Under the pieces are notes generated by a model. The model did not search any database and was not told the origin of the DNA. It saw only the letters and a list, made by a program, of their open reading frames with translations. The translations under genes were made by a program, and so were the position numbers. A stretch of 64,000 nt of DNA from the NCBI RefSeq assembly GCF_009914755.1, contig NC_060948.1, one strand, 5' to 3'. The stretch is from the human T2T-CHM13v2.0 reference genome, Homo sapiens. Every line of letters starts with the position of its first letter. Position 1 is the first letter of the stretch. This document shows positions 1 to 18,336 of the stretch, piece after piece.

Positions 1-215
1 ACATTTCAGAATCCTGGATGATTTGCTGCTAACAGCACTCTGAGGTCCTGCCATGGAACCTCCTATCTAGTGCAGCATTTGGGTTATTGAAGCCCTATCT
101 TTTCAGTGCATCTATTTCATTTAAGTTTAAACTGATTACAATGTACTGGAGGCAAAGACCTTTTTCTTCCCCTCCCTCTTTTTATCCCCCACTCAACAGC
201 TGATTGCAGTGCACT

Positions 216-230
216 ATGAGGACTGAATGA
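216..230 (+). promoter_or_regulatory. uORF MRTE* overlapping the ATG227 start (ATGA overlap)
   Basis: ATG AGG ACT GAA TGA; the stop at 228-230 overlaps the ATG at 227-229. Confidence 0.75.
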
Positions 231-258
231 CAGTGGGTTTTAATTCAGATATTTCAAG
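227..258 (+). CDS. PCDH11Y: PCDH11Y first coding segment (MTVGFNSDIS-S) within the 59-bp exon 200-258
   Basis: Polypyrimidine tract then caacag| acceptor (198-199) and AAG|gtgagt donor (259). ATG227 reads MTVGFNSDIS+AG (phase 2) and splices in frame to 24419 giving [17 protein letters not shown], matching the recalled PCDH11Y isoform N-terminus. Confidence 0.9.
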
Positions 259-3200
259 GTGAGTTTCATATATATTAAATATCATATACGTCTCCTTTCC
301 TCTGGGTCTTTTCAGGAGTAGTAATTTTATCTGAACTCCAATTTTTCATGTTTGAGGCTTTCATTTTCTTAAAAGATTTGTTTTGAGTTTAAAATGTTAA
401 CAGTGAGATTGGATGAGAGGAAGGGGAAGTCTATATTCCAATATACTGATATCATGTAGGGAGAGATGTAAAACAACAACAACAAAAATCCCACAAATTA
501 TAGTAAGCATAATTTACCTAGATTGGCCTGGATGGCCACACATGTTGTCCGTGGATTGACAATTTCTAAAGAATTGACAGTTTACTGACGGTAAGCAATG
601 AAGTTGTAAAGGCCCCTCTGGATCGTGCAAAGATGTCTTTAGGACCATGAGTTATCAGTGTACTGAAAAATTCCAGAAGTGCCTATTTTCAGAACAAATA
701 CTTGTTCTGAATACTACAAGCACCCTAGGTAGAGAGACTGTTCTTCCTCAGTTTTGCATTTCCAATGCGTGGTGTACAGAACATACTTTACAAATAGACA
801 CCAAACTAACAAACAAGAGAGTATTCTAATGAATAAATATATAGACTTTATTGCACTTGTAGGAATATGATTTGATTTAATAAACTAATAGGCTATCCCC
901 CCAAATCTCCATTTAGATGAATAAAAAATGTTTAGGATTCTATTTAATTAAACCAAATTTAGAAGTAGTGTTCAGTTTCTTGCTTGGGAGGTTTTGATTT
1001 ATTCAAAAATCATTTAAGTTTGTCCACTTAGTGATTAGCGTGTACTCCAGTGCACCCCCACAACTTTGTCACAATACTCCAATAATGTAATACGCTTAAA
1101 AATAATATATTTAAATTATTTGTCACAAATACTCATTCTCAGTTTCTCTTGTCCATGTGGCAGAAGATACTGAAATATGTTCCCCTTGACATTGCTCAAA
1201 GAAGAAATCTCTTAAAAGTTCTAATCACTGTTAAATTTCTCAGACATTTTAAGCTTTAGAGAAGAAAGGATTTAAACAACTTTTTACATGATTCTTTTTC
1301 TTGTTCCCTTCTATTCCCTCCATTACTCCTCTGTCACTTCCATCATTCTCTCCAAGTATATAAATCCACTCTTTATGGTGCCTGGGACCTCCCAGATCCA
1401 GTAAATCTTCCCATCCCCTCCCTGTACCTTTCATTCCTTCAAGTTTTCCGTTCATTGAAGTCACTCTCAGTTCTGTTAGTTTTCCCAGATTTCTCCCTGT
1501 TCTCTTTGTGTGTCTATAATTCTTCCAAGTCTCTACCCAGTTTTTAAGTTCTCCATCTTTGTTGTCACCATAGTTTTCCCCAGTTAAGTTTTCATAACAG
1601 CTTGTTGCTCAGACTCTATGAGTACTTCTTATTTTGTTAGTTCGTCTCAATGCTCAAAATCATTCCTTCCCTCTCAATCATCCCTTTTCTCTCTTTAACA
1701 CCTTCATCCTTTCCATGTTTTCTCTGCAGTCTTTTCCATATCCTCTGCCCCTACCAGTTTCCCCTTGTGCCTCACAGTTCTTCCCAAATTATTCAAGTCC
1801 CTTGCAGGTAGTTGGAATATAATTCATCACATTATTTCCATATTTAGGAACAGCTTAAATTTACAAACTGCCATGAATAAAACAGTCTGTAGCTTAATCA
1901 TTGACAGTTTAATATAATCTTATTCTTTATTGTGGCATTATATATACACCACATTTTATAGACCTGTTATTTGTACCAGGTTTGGTTTTAAGATAACTTG
2001 AGATAGTAGAGGGGAGATACAAAAAATTAACATTCAGGTAGTAAAGCCAAATTAGGCCAAGGTGAAAATTTCTTATTCAACAAGACATTCAGCCCATTCA
2101 GTTCAAAACAATATTCTGTGTACTTTTTAAGGAGTGGAAGAAAAATAGACGAGTAATGGAATATGCTAGTTGAATATTGATGAGATTTGTTTCCATTTTA
2201 AAGTTAAAAAAAACCAAAACTGATTGCTCTAAGACTTTTTCTTGCTGACTGCCATCACCTCAGTTGTCATATTTTAACCACAAATCCCGTAAGCACTTAC
2301 ATTTAACCTTATCGTTACTCTTATGCTTATTCAAATTTTCCCCATGTGATGCTAATCTGAAAATTTCTTAGAGGAAATGAGTTTTGAATTGCTCTGAAGT
2401 AGATGATGACCTTTGATGACCAGAGAAGATGTGGAAAATATTATGGCTAGAGAGTAGATGTTGGCTCGGCTGAAGAGGAGAGGTCATGGATTATAAATTA
2501 AAGAGAAAGATATTTCTTAGAAGCAGCTAATTGAGGACCTTGAATGCTAGGCCTCGGAGTTTAGATTCTATAGATTTCGAGAGGTAATAAACATAGTTTT
2601 TTTGCTTTCAGTTTTTGTTGTTGTTGTTATCGGTTTGGTTTGGTTGTTATATATAATGTTTATCAAAATAATGAATACTTATTTTTCAACACCATAAAAA
2701 CGTGGAAGTAGACCACAAAAAAAGTACTGGTTGGATAGATAATATATTTGGAAATGCTTTGTTTTAAAAAAAAAACCTTTTCTTCTGAATAAAAATAGAG
2801 AGGAGAAGCAGTTCTTACGTGAAATCTCTCTTTAACAGTTCCTCTTGAAAATTAGCAGCTGTACTTAGTGAAAAATTATGAAGGTGCAATGTTGTTGTCA
2901 GCTGTAACAGGTTTTAATTATCTTTTTTATTTTAAAGTCATCAAATTTAGAGATGTCAAATTTTTATTATTTTCAGGACAAAATCATGATGCCATAGTTC
3001 ACATATTTTAGTTGCAAATACTGTTTCAAAATGCACTTGATTTTGTGAGGTGTTTGCTTTAATATTTTCAACACGTGCTGGATTACAGAGTTTCAAGATA
3101 TATTGCACGTATCCAATTAAAATAACTCCCCACTTTCCCTAATTTATACTTGTTCTTTAAAAATTTAAATATTAATTAAGATCTTCTAATAAGTTAACAT

Positions 3201-3675
3201 GTTCCCTGTTTTATCAAAAACATTCATTGTTCAGTTTAAGCATTTGAAAACCAATCATAATAATATCTATAGATAAATGTCACTGGGATGTGTCTTTCTC
3301 AAAAATGTTATGAAGGGTTATAAAATTTTGAAAAAAAAATTTTATTACCAAAATATTACCAAACATACCTTGAAAGTTGAATATAATCATTCCTCTTTTA
3401 AAATAAGCTTTTTAATCTAAATTACATGAAAAAAAATTTGTTGCCAAGCTGGGAACAATTATAAAATCACTAACTACCTAAAACAGAGCACACAGTCTTT
3501 AAACCTTATAAACATAATTTTAAATCTGAAGATTATATGAAATATTCATTTGATGAAAAGACATTTTGACTTCGCATGTGGAATTGTGATGTAAGATCTT
3601 TTAAAGCTGTAGCATTGCTCATAATTGAGATCCATTATGCAAATGATTATGTATTTATGATTAAACCTTCTTTCA

Positions 3676-3825
3676 ATCACAGATGGCTAGAACAAGAAAA
3701 GATCTTAGAGATAAATCCCAACGCTACTCACCCTCAGTGAGTAAAATGAGGCACAGAATGACTAAATGACTTGTCCAAAGTCACAGATACCTAAAGGCAT
3801 AGTTAATACTAGAATTCAAGTCCAG
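3676..3825 (-). mobile_element. MIR-family SINE relic
   Basis: Core-like 'aaaatgaggcacaga..aaatgacttgtccaaagtcacag..ctagaattcaagtc'. Confidence 0.65.
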
Positions 3826-3909
3826 TTAGTTTTTCCCACAGGATTAGACTTGTCTTTGTGAGTGCAGGATATACAAATACCTTTGTTTATTATTTTTTTT
3901 AGTTTATAA

Positions 3910-4140
3910 TAACAATATCAACAATTACAAACACATGTAACATTAATGTTCCAGGAACTGTTCTAAGTATTTTACATATATTAACTCATTTAGTGCACAA
4001 TAACACTATAAGGTAGACACAATTGTTAACCCTGTTTTACACAAAGATACAGAGAATTTAAATAACTTGCATAAAGTCACACAGCTAGTGAGTGGTGGAT
4101 CTTGGATTTATTATAAAACAAGACCGTCTAGCTCCATAGC
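3910..4140 (-). mobile_element. MIR/MIRb SINE relic
   Basis: 'ccaggaactgttctaag..aactcattt..aataacttgc..aagtcacacagctagtgagtgg'. Confidence 0.75.
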
Positions 4141-4800
4141 TCATGCTAGGACTTCTTTAAAAAATTTAAATTTTTTAATGCCAGGATAGTTTATATTTGG
4201 ATATAATAACATTTTATGACTTTACTTTTTCAGTAGGGTATAAAAACATTTTTTAGTATTGGAAATTAATGACTGTCTCAATTTCCATAACATATACATT
4301 TTGCAATAGCTTTAAATGAATTGTCTTGCTACAATGGATGTGAAGCCCTGAATGAATGGTTTATCTGAAATCATCAATATTGTTCATTAAGACAATTGCA
4401 AAAAAATGATCTCTATGGAGTCTTTCGTTCATTCTATGTATGAAAAAATTTTTCATTTATTTTTAAAACTAGAAAATCAAACCAAAAGTATATTTAAATA
4501 ATGTCTCTATGAAATGTCTTCTGTGAGAATGGTAAAATGAGCTATCAACTAATTATTTTTTCATATACTTGGTAATGACTATGTGAACAAAATTGATTTT
4601 GCATTTTCTCATTAATGTGGCACACAACACAGAAATAAAAGTCCTATTTTTTTCTAGCTTGTTTTAGTCTGTGGGCTTAATTGCTAGTTTGAAAGTAATA
4701 TTAGGTAATATCTTACTCTGTAAGAAAGCATATTTTGACATGTTGACGTGTTAATATATTGACACATGGGAAAGGAATAAGTAAATGTAAATGAAAACTA

Positions 4801-5202
<402 letters not shown>

Positions 5203-6492
5203 TTAGAATATGAGATCTTCCATACATTGCCCCAATTTGTTTATTCCGTTCAAATAGAATGGAAAGACAAATTAAAATGGAGAAGGGCTGACTCGTAAGA
5301 AATAGCAATGAATTCCTTTTCTTTTCATTTTTTAGGGAAGAAAGGGATTGGGAACAAGACTATATGTTGTATAGGGAACATTGAAGGATTCTATTTCCAT
5401 TTCAGTGCTTAATGGCTTTTACTAGTTATTTAACTTTTTTCTCTACGTTTTTAAAACTCTCAAGAGTCTGTGGCTTCATTAAATATTATTTCTTTATAAA
5501 ACATATATGATAATACGAAAAGTGTTAAATCGGTGGTATTCATTAAGACTGTATCCAGCACTGTGGAGAACTTGGAGGTCAAGGGAAAGTCTGCACAAAA
5601 GTAGAAATATGAGGAAATTTGTGTGTGTTAGCCAATGTATATTAGTGCTCTGAGCATATATTTAAGGAAGGATGAGGCAATGTGGACTGAGGGACATTGG
5701 AGATGGATTAAGAGTGAAAGGGTAATTAGCTATGTTAGAAAACAGTGGCTTGCATTGCATGATTCTGTATCACAGGTACTTATTTATAGTGTGCATGCAT
5801 TTCTGATATTGCATAAAGCAAGACAGTGATGAAGTTACATAGTTGTCTATTAGGATATTTGCCCTATACCCTTCAGTTTTCTGTTTGAGGTTTTTGAAGG
5901 ATTCATGATTTCTATCATGCATCATATTCTTCATACTATCTGTATAAGGATTATGATGGTGATAAATGAGAAGAACATGGTGAGTATTCCAAACTCCTAT
6001 CGACCCTACCCAATATACTAAAGATTATCAAGTGGAGAGTTATTTTGGTGTATTACCACTTCATAATTTTTATGTCTCAGATACAGTAAATTTATTTATA
6101 TAGATATCACATAGGTTTTATTGGGATCATATAATGTTTTATGAAATAATTCTATTTTAAGATGCTATTTACTCATAACTATAAAACTGTGCATTTTTGT
6201 TCTCTCAGAGGATCTGGAACAGTGTGATTTCTAACTTAAAATGAGGGGAGATTTGATTGTTTCTTCTTGAGTTAACAAGTTACCAATATCTTAAAAATAT
6301 TCACTGCCTAATAGTTTCAAAATTTAGAATCATAAAATACTACTCATTCCTAAATGATTCAAGAATACATTTTACTGTACTATTTAATTTTATACCTTTT
6401 TTGTCCCCTGCCTATGAATTGGATATTCTAGCCATCATTTCACTGTCCTGGGTGCAGGCATAGTTGAAGGTTACTGACCTTCTGATCTAGAT

Positions 6493-6691
6493 TAGTACCG
6501 TCCAACAGAACTTTCTGTCATAATAGAAATATTCTATAATCTGTGCTGTCCAGTGCTTAAGTCCTTAGCCTTATTGGACAATTGAACACTTAAAATGTGC
6601 TTAGTACAACTAAGGGATTGAATTTTTAATCTGACTTAAATTTAATTTTAACAGCTACACACAGCAAGAGGTACTATATTGGACTGCACAG
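6493..6691. mobile_element. MER3 (hAT-Charlie MITE)
   Basis: gtccaacagaactttctg...atattggactgcacag termini; flanks atctagat/ctctagat fit an 8-bp hAT TSD (7/8). Confidence 0.8.
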
Positions 6692-7384
6692 CTCTAGATG
6701 CTTATAGTCTAAATATAACTATTGTATGGAAAAGAGAGTTCTTTTTTCAAGGCATAATCAATCACCTTTGTTTCTAATTTTGTTCTTGTGCTATCTATAA
6801 ATCAAGTCCTGATGCAAAGTAATTTCATCATGAAGAGCAATGGTCTTTATTTTCCAGGGTTGTCAGGTTATATAAAGAATTAATGTACCCTGTGATCACA
6901 ATTTCCTAGAGTGAGTGCCAGTTTTAGCAAGTGTAAAATAGTTGTGTTTGTTGTAGCTTCTTCTATGATATCTATTAAGGAGTTGGATATCTCTGAAAAG
7001 GAAATATAAAATATTTCAGCATTTCTAATATTTTCTGGAATAGGAAAATATTTTACATTTATCAGCTATAAAGAAATTATAATTTAAAATGAAATACTGG
7101 CCATTTTCACATATTTTGTACTCTGTGACAAACTGAAATCATTACAGAGTATGTTATAATTCTAAAAACCAAAAAGTCTCCCAAGTAATTGGAGCCTCTA
7201 GTACCTAATCAAAAGAATGGTGCCTTTATTTTCTTTTTTCATAATCTCTTTTTCTAAACCAATGTGAGATCAAATTACGTTTTTTATAAGCAGTGCAATA
7301 GCTAAATAAAAATAACAATAACCGCAAATGCATGAAGAATTTTTTTTTTATCTGAATGTATTACTCACTTAAAACTGCATTGGT

Positions 7385-7724
<340 letters not shown>

Positions 7725-8855
7725 TTAATGTGAGATTAACCCTGATCACACCACTTGCATTTCAACTATTGTTTAGTATGATGGCATTTCAATTGGCAGT
7801 TTTCCTTACAGTGATCTGTCTACACATGCACGCACATAAATGCACACAAGGGCATATGTTCACAGTGAAACACAAAGATTATTATTTTAAACATATAAAT
7901 AAAGCATCTCATGAATATTTCTCAGTTACAAGTTGGCTAGTGTTTGTTGGTCCAGCAAGCAATACTGCATCCAACTCTGTAGAGGCAGAACTTGTATATT
8001 CTTGATTTCCCATTTGATGGTTACTTAGAATTGTTTTGAGGTTAATGCACTTCTTGATTTATAAATAAAACGGGGGTTGCATTTCATTCTTCTTCCAATA
8101 TACTATTATATTACCCCTTTGAAGGCTTGTTCTTTACTTGTGGTGAGAAGGCATGGAATATGCTGAATGAAGGCTAATGATAAATCATTTTTCATTTCTT
8201 AATGAGTTGGAGTGGGGTTTGTGGTTGTCCTAAGTGAGAAACAGAAAAAAAAATTTAAAGAAGAGGAATCTAAAAATATTGTGAAAACATGTAGGATTAG
8301 TTAAATTAATTTAAATATTTTACTTACTAATAGTTTGAAAAACTGATTTCCTAAGAACCACTTAGTATAATTTGTAGTGAAAATAACTACAGGTGAAGGT
8401 CATGCATAAAATATACTCTTACCAGAAAACTTTAGGTTTTTGAATAAAATGGAATTCATAAAATAATGAACACTCCAAGTTATTATAAATCACTCCGATT
8501 ATTTCTTGAAGTCTTTGCTGGTTGTTGTAGTGATATATTCTTGGAGGAAAAGGTTTAAAACAAAAGAATTGGTGACCCGAATCTCCAGCAAGCATCTTTT
8601 TTTTTTTTCCTTTCTTTTTTTCATTTTTATTTTTATTTTTATTTTTTATTATTATACTTTAAGTTTTAGGGTACATGTGCACATTGTGCAGGTTAGTTAC
8701 ATACGTATACATGTGCCATGCTGGTGCGCTGCACCCACTAACTCGTCATCTACCATTAGGTATATCTCCCAATGCTATCCCTCACCCCTCCCCCCACCCC
8801 ACAACAGTCCCCAGAGTGTGATGTTCCCCTTCCTGTGTCCATGTGATCTCATTGT

Positions 8856-12682
<3,827 letters not shown>

Positions 12683-12745
12683 TATGATGTTAGCTGGTTA
12701 TTTTGCTTGTTAGTTGATGCAGTTTCTTTCTAGTCTCGATAGTCT

Positions 12746-13762
12746 TTACATTTTGGCATGATTTTGCAGTGGCTGGTACCGGTTGTTCCTTTCCATGTTT
12801 AGTGCTTCCTTCAGCAGCTCTTTTAGGGCAGGCCTGGTGGTGACAAAATCTCTCAGCATTTGCTTGTCTGTAAAGTATTTTATTTCTCCTTCACTTATGA
12901 AGCTTAGTTTGGCTGGATATGAAATTCTGGGTTGAAAATTCTTTCCTTTAAGAATGTTGAATATTGGCCCCCACTCTCTTCTGGCTTGTAGGGTTTCTGC
13001 CGCGAGATCTGCTGTTAGTCTGATGGGCTTCCCTATGAGGGTAACCCGACCTTTCTCTCTGGCTGCCCTTAACATTTTTTCCTTCATTTCAACTTTGATG
13101 AATCTGACAATTCTGTGTCTTGGAGTTGCTCTTCTCGAGGGGTATCTTTGTGGCGTTCTCTGTATTTCCTGAATTTGAATGTTGGCCTACCTTGCTATAT
13201 TGGGGAAGTTCTCCTGGATAATATCCTGCAGAGTGTTTTCCAACTTGGTTCCATTCTCCCCATCACTTTCAGGTACATCAATCAGACGTAGATTTGGTCT
13301 TTTCACATAGTCCCATATTTCTTGGAGGCTTTGCTCGTTTCTTTTTATTCTTTTTTCTCTAAACTTCCCTTCTCACTTCATTTCATTCATTTCATCTTCC
13401 ATCGCTGATACCCTTTCTTCCAGTTGATCGCATCAGCTCCTGAGGCTTCTGCGTTCTTCACGTAGTTCTCGAGCCTTGGTTTTCAGCTCCGTCAGCTCCT
13501 TTAAGCACTTCTCTGTATTGGTTATTCTAGTTATACATTCTTCTGAATTTTTTTCAAAGTTTTCAACTTCTTTGCCTTTGGTTTGAATGTCCTCCCGTAG
13601 CTCAGAGTAATTTGATCGTCTGAAGCCTTCTTCTCTCAGCTCGTCAAAGTCATTCTCTGTCCAGCTTTGTTCCGTTGCTGGTGAAGAGCTGTGTTCTTTT
13701 GGAGGAGGAGAGGTGCTCTGCTTTTTAGAATTTCCAGTTTTTCTGTTCTGTTTTTTCCCCAT
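12746..13762 (-). pseudogene. L1 ORF1p (MGKKQNRK...NHAKM), full span but with in-frame stops
   Basis: 1017-nt span equals canonical length; stops at 13433-13435, ~13373 and ~13187. Confidence 0.92.
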
Positions 13763-14049
13763 CTTTGTGGTTTTATCTACTTTTGGTCTTTGATGATGGT
13801 GATGTACAGATGGGTTTTTGGTGTGGATGTCCTTTCTGTTTGTTAGTTTTCCTCCTAACAGACAGGACCCTCAGCTGCAGATCTGTTGGAGTACCCTGCA
13901 GTGTGAGGTGTCAGTGTGCCCCTGCTGGGGGGTGCCTCCCAGTTAGGCTGCTCGGGGGTCAGGGGTCAGGGACCCACTTGAGGAGGCAGTCTGCGTGTTC
14001 TCAGATCTCCAGCTGCATACTGGGAGAACCACTGCTCTCTTCAAAGCTG

Positions 14050-14666
14050 TCAGACAGGGACATTTAAGTCTGCAGAGGTTACTGCTTTCTTTTTGTTTGT
14101 CTGTGCCCTGCCCCCAGAGGTGGAGCCTACAGAGGCAGGCAGGCCTCCTTGAGCTGTGGTGGGCTCCACCCAGTTGGAGCTTCCGGGCTGCTTTGTTTAC
14201 CTAAGGAAGCCTGGGCAATGGCGGGCGCCCCTCCCCCAGCCTCGCTGCCGCCTTGCAGTTTGATCTCAGACTGCTGTGCTAGCAATCAGCGAGACTCCGT
14301 GGGCGTAGGACCCTCCGAGCCAGGTGTGGGATATAATCTCGTGGTGCGCCGTTTTTTAAGCCCGTCGGAAAAGCGCAGTATTCAGGTGGGATTGACCCGA
14401 TTTTCCAGGTGCCATCCGTCACCCCTTTCTTTGATTAGGAAAGGGAACTCCCTGACCCCTTGCGCTTTCCGAGTGAGGCAGTGCCTCGCCCTGCTTCGCC
14501 TCGCGCACGGTGCGCGCACCCATTGACCTGCGCCCACTGTGTGGCACTCCCTAGTGAGATGAACCCAGTACCTCAGATGGAAATGCAGAAATCATCTGTC
14601 TTCTGCGTCGCTCACGCTGGGAGCTGTAGACCGGAGCTGTTCCTATTCGGCCATCTTGGCTCCTCC
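14050..14666. promoter_or_regulatory. L1 5'UTR CpG-rich bidirectional promoter (sense promoter with YY1 site; antisense promoter firing on + strand)
   Basis: High CpG density at 14200-14650; intact CAAGATGGCCG YY1 motif (minus strand, ~14648-14658). ASP position is from established L1 biology. Confidence 0.7.
14218..14526 (+). CDS. L1 ORF0 (antisense ORF of the 5'UTR), MAGAPPPASLPPCSLISDCC..., 102 aa here
   Basis: gcaATGg strong context; uninterrupted frame in the ORF track; donor-like sites after nt +106 (14323) and +191 (14408). Expression not shown. Confidence 0.75.
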   Translation: MAGAPPPASLPPCSLISDCCASNQRDSVGVGPSEPGVGYNLVVRRFLSPSEKRSIQVGLTRFSRCHPSPLSLIRKGNSLTPCAFRVRQCLALLRLAHGARTH

Positions 14667-15397
14667 CTCCAGCAAGCATTTCTTAAGCACTTACTGTGTA
14701 TTTGGTACAGTGCCCATGAACTGCTAAGTTAAATATAATGTCTTAAAATTGTTGGTATATATTTGGAATGATTCATTTGCTTTGAGTTGAGATTCATAAT
14801 ATAAAATATTATGGATCTATACAGTTGTTTACATTTAAAACTGATATTTATAGAGAATAAATTTTATATCTAAATTGTTATTTTTGAAGAGCTCAATCTT
14901 TGTGTATTACGTAGGGAGTTGTCTTGAGAAACGTCTAATTTTTACCGCTCATCTTTTTGCACTTTCAAATATACTAATACTTTTGAAGCAGGACCCAACA
15001 GGCCTTCTCTAAAATTAAATTTTCTCACATGTAGCAAGGTTATTTTGAATGCCCAAATTGAAGTTTAAATGGTTAATATTACATTTATATTTGGAGTTAA
15101 AATGTATTAAGACACAGTTGAAATAGTAACTCATTGTAAGTATAAAGAATATTGCTAAATAGAGAAAACATTTTCTTATGTATTTACCTAGATGAAAGAG
15201 AAAGGAAAAATTATACAAACACTAACATTTATACCTTATCTTTGTATGAACATCTTGTAAATACATTTGAATTTTCTCTTATAGATGCTATTCCTTCCTG
15301 AAAACCAGGCTGAACCCAGTACATGCTTTTATAGTGAAACTAAAGAACACACAAGAAGTAGGGTTTATTTTAACTTATAAATGCAAATTCCATTTTA

Positions 15398-17050
15398 CTT
15401 ATTTTTTAATGGGAAAAATATTTACTTTATTTCTTTAACTTTTATTTTAGGTTCAGGTATGCATGTGCGGGTTTGTTATATAGGTAAACTCATGCCACAG
15501 GAGTTTGCTATACAAATTATTTCATCACCCAGGTACTAAGACTAGTATGCAATTTTTTTTTTCTGCTCTTCTCCCTCCTCCCACGCTCCATGCTCAATTA
15601 GTCCCTAGAGTCTGTTGTTCCTTTTTTTGTGTCTATCAGTTCTCATCATTTACATCCCACTTAAAAATGAGAACATTCAATATTTGGTTTTCTGTTCCTG
15701 CATTAGTTTGCTGAGGATAATGGCCTCCAGTTCCATCCATGGTCTTGCAAAGGACATGATCTCCTTAGTTTTTATTGCTGCATAGTATTCCATGATGTAT
15801 ATGTACCACATTTTCTTTATTCAGTCTGTTATTGATGGACATTTAGGTTGATTCTATGTATTTACTATTGTGAATAGTGCTGCAGTGAACATTTGTGTGC
15901 ATGTGTCTTTATGGTAAAATGATTTATGTTCCTCTGGGTAGTTACCCAGTAATGGGATTACTGGTCAAATGGTAGTTCTAGTTTTACCTCTTTGAGGAAT
16001 CACTATGCTGCTTCCCACTATAGTTGAACTAATTTACACTCCCACCAACATTGTAAAAGTATTCTCTTTTCTCTGCAACCTCGCCAGCATATGTTATTTT
16101 TGACTTGTTAATAGTAGCCATTCTGACTAGTGTGAGATGATATCTCATTGAGATTTTGATTTGCATTTCTCTAATGATCAGTGATATTGAGCTTTTTTTC
16201 ATATGCTTGCTGGCCACATGTTACTGTCTTCTTTTGAAAAGTGTCTCCTCATGTCCTTTGCCTACTTGTTCATGGGGTTGTTTTTTTCTTGTAAACTTAA
16301 GTTCCTTATAAATGCTGGATATTAGACCTTTGTCAGATGCATAGTTAGCAAATATTTTCTCCCATTCTGTAGACCGTCTGTTTACTCTATTGATGGTTTC
16401 TTTTGCTCTGCAGAAGCTCTTAAATTTAATTAGATCCCATTTGTCAATTTTGCTTTTGTTGTGATTGTTTTTGGCATGTTCATCATGAAATCTTTGCCAC
16501 TTCCTTTGTCCAGGATGGAATTCCCTAGGTTGTCTTCCAAGGTTTTATAGTTTTGGGTTTTATGGATATTTAATTCATTTTGAGTTGACTTTTGTACATG
16601 GTGTAAGAAAGGGGTCCAGTTTCAATTGTCTGCACATGGCTACCCAGATGTCCCAGCCCGATTTGTTGTGTAAGGAGTCTTTTCCCTACTGCTTGTTTTC
16701 TTCAGCTTTGTGGATGATCACGTGGTTATAGGTGTGTGGCCTTTTATCTGGGCTCTCTATTCTGTTCTATTCGTCTATGTGTCTGTTTCTGCACCAGTAC
16801 CGTTACTGTAGCCCTGTAGTATAGTTTGAAGTCAGGTAATGTGATGCCTCATGTTTCGTTCTTTTTGCTTAGGATTGCCTTGACTATTTGGGGTCTTTTT
16901 TTGTTCCATATGAATTTTAACATAGTTTTTTTCTACTTCTGTGAAGAGTGTCATTGGTAGTTTCATATGAATAACAATCTGTAAATTGTTTTGGGTGGTA
17001 TCCCATTTTAATGATATTTATTCTTTCTATCCATGAAATAGTGTTTGATT
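15398..17050 (-). mobile_element. 5'-truncated older L1 (L1PA13-16-like) 3' end
   Basis: 3'UTR 'tttattttaggttcagg..gtttgttatataggtaaact' plus ORF2 C-terminal homology; flanked by a 25-bp direct repeat. Confidence 0.9.
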
Positions 17051-17078
17051 ATACTTATTAATGCAAATTCCATTTTAA

Positions 17079-17346
<268 letters not shown>

Positions 17347-18154
17347 AAAAGGCAGAATTCTTTATCATTTTTTCTACTCTAAGTGTATCACAACTGAAGA
17401 TTCGAAATATGGCTTGTGTGTGTCACATTTATGGTTCAGTTGTTTTTCTATTCATTTATTAATTAATGTTGTCATTTTTAATTGGTTATCCATTTTTTTG
17501 GTTTTGAGGTGACACAAAACAAAAATCACAGAAATAATATTAAAATATGTGTAAAAAACTGAGAACTAAAAGGATAAGGAATATTGTTGAACCTTTAGGC
17601 TGAGGCATCTGTTATTAGGCAGTTGATAAACCAAGTCTTAAGATTGGTTTTAAAAGGTTGCTATGTCATTTTTCCTTAGCGTTCTAAGATGTGTAGTTAC
17701 TGATTATGGATTGTGCAACTCCAAAGTCATCTTAATAGGAAGAGCTTCATTGTCTCACGGGGTGAATGAATGCAACTATTAAAGTCATTTCTCTGTTCCT
17801 TGGAACAATAAGTTGATGGATATAATTCATTTTCTGACAACTAATATCTTACCTTGATTTGTTTTACAGACCATCAACTTGGATCTTGTTTTTAGCCATC
17901 ACTTCCAAGATTCTGGTGCTATATCTCATTTGCTTTCAACTGTTGATTTTACTGCATTGTAATTTGATAATTTAGACCCCAACACAAAAAATAAATTAAG
18001 TCATGCTAGAATATGCACCATACGTATATAGGGGAGTAATCTGATAAAATGCTTTGTGCAGATATTGCAATTAGTACTGAAGTTTGGGGAGGTGTGCAAT
18101 CAATAGTAAAATATTAATTGGTCTTTGTACATAGATAATTTAAACACTAATATG

Positions 18155-18336
18155 ATAGATATATTACTACCTGTTTTCCTGTACTGTTTTATTAATTCAT
18201 GGAATAGTGACTAATAGAAGTATTATTTAGCCTTATATATAAAACTCATAGATATAATACTGTTTTGTGTACTGTTTTATTAATTCATGGAATAGTGACT
18301 AATAGAAGTACTACTTATCCTTATATATAAAACTCA
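18155..18336. repeat. Tandem duplication, 2 copies of ~88-92 bp
   Basis: gtactgttttattaattcatggaatagtgactaatagaagta at 18181 and 18269. Confidence 0.95.

Noticed and set aside
8596-8655. L1 tail as the DXYS156 (TAAAA)n marker
   Set aside because: The tail here is a short (TTTTTA)-type hexamer mix, not a pentamer array.
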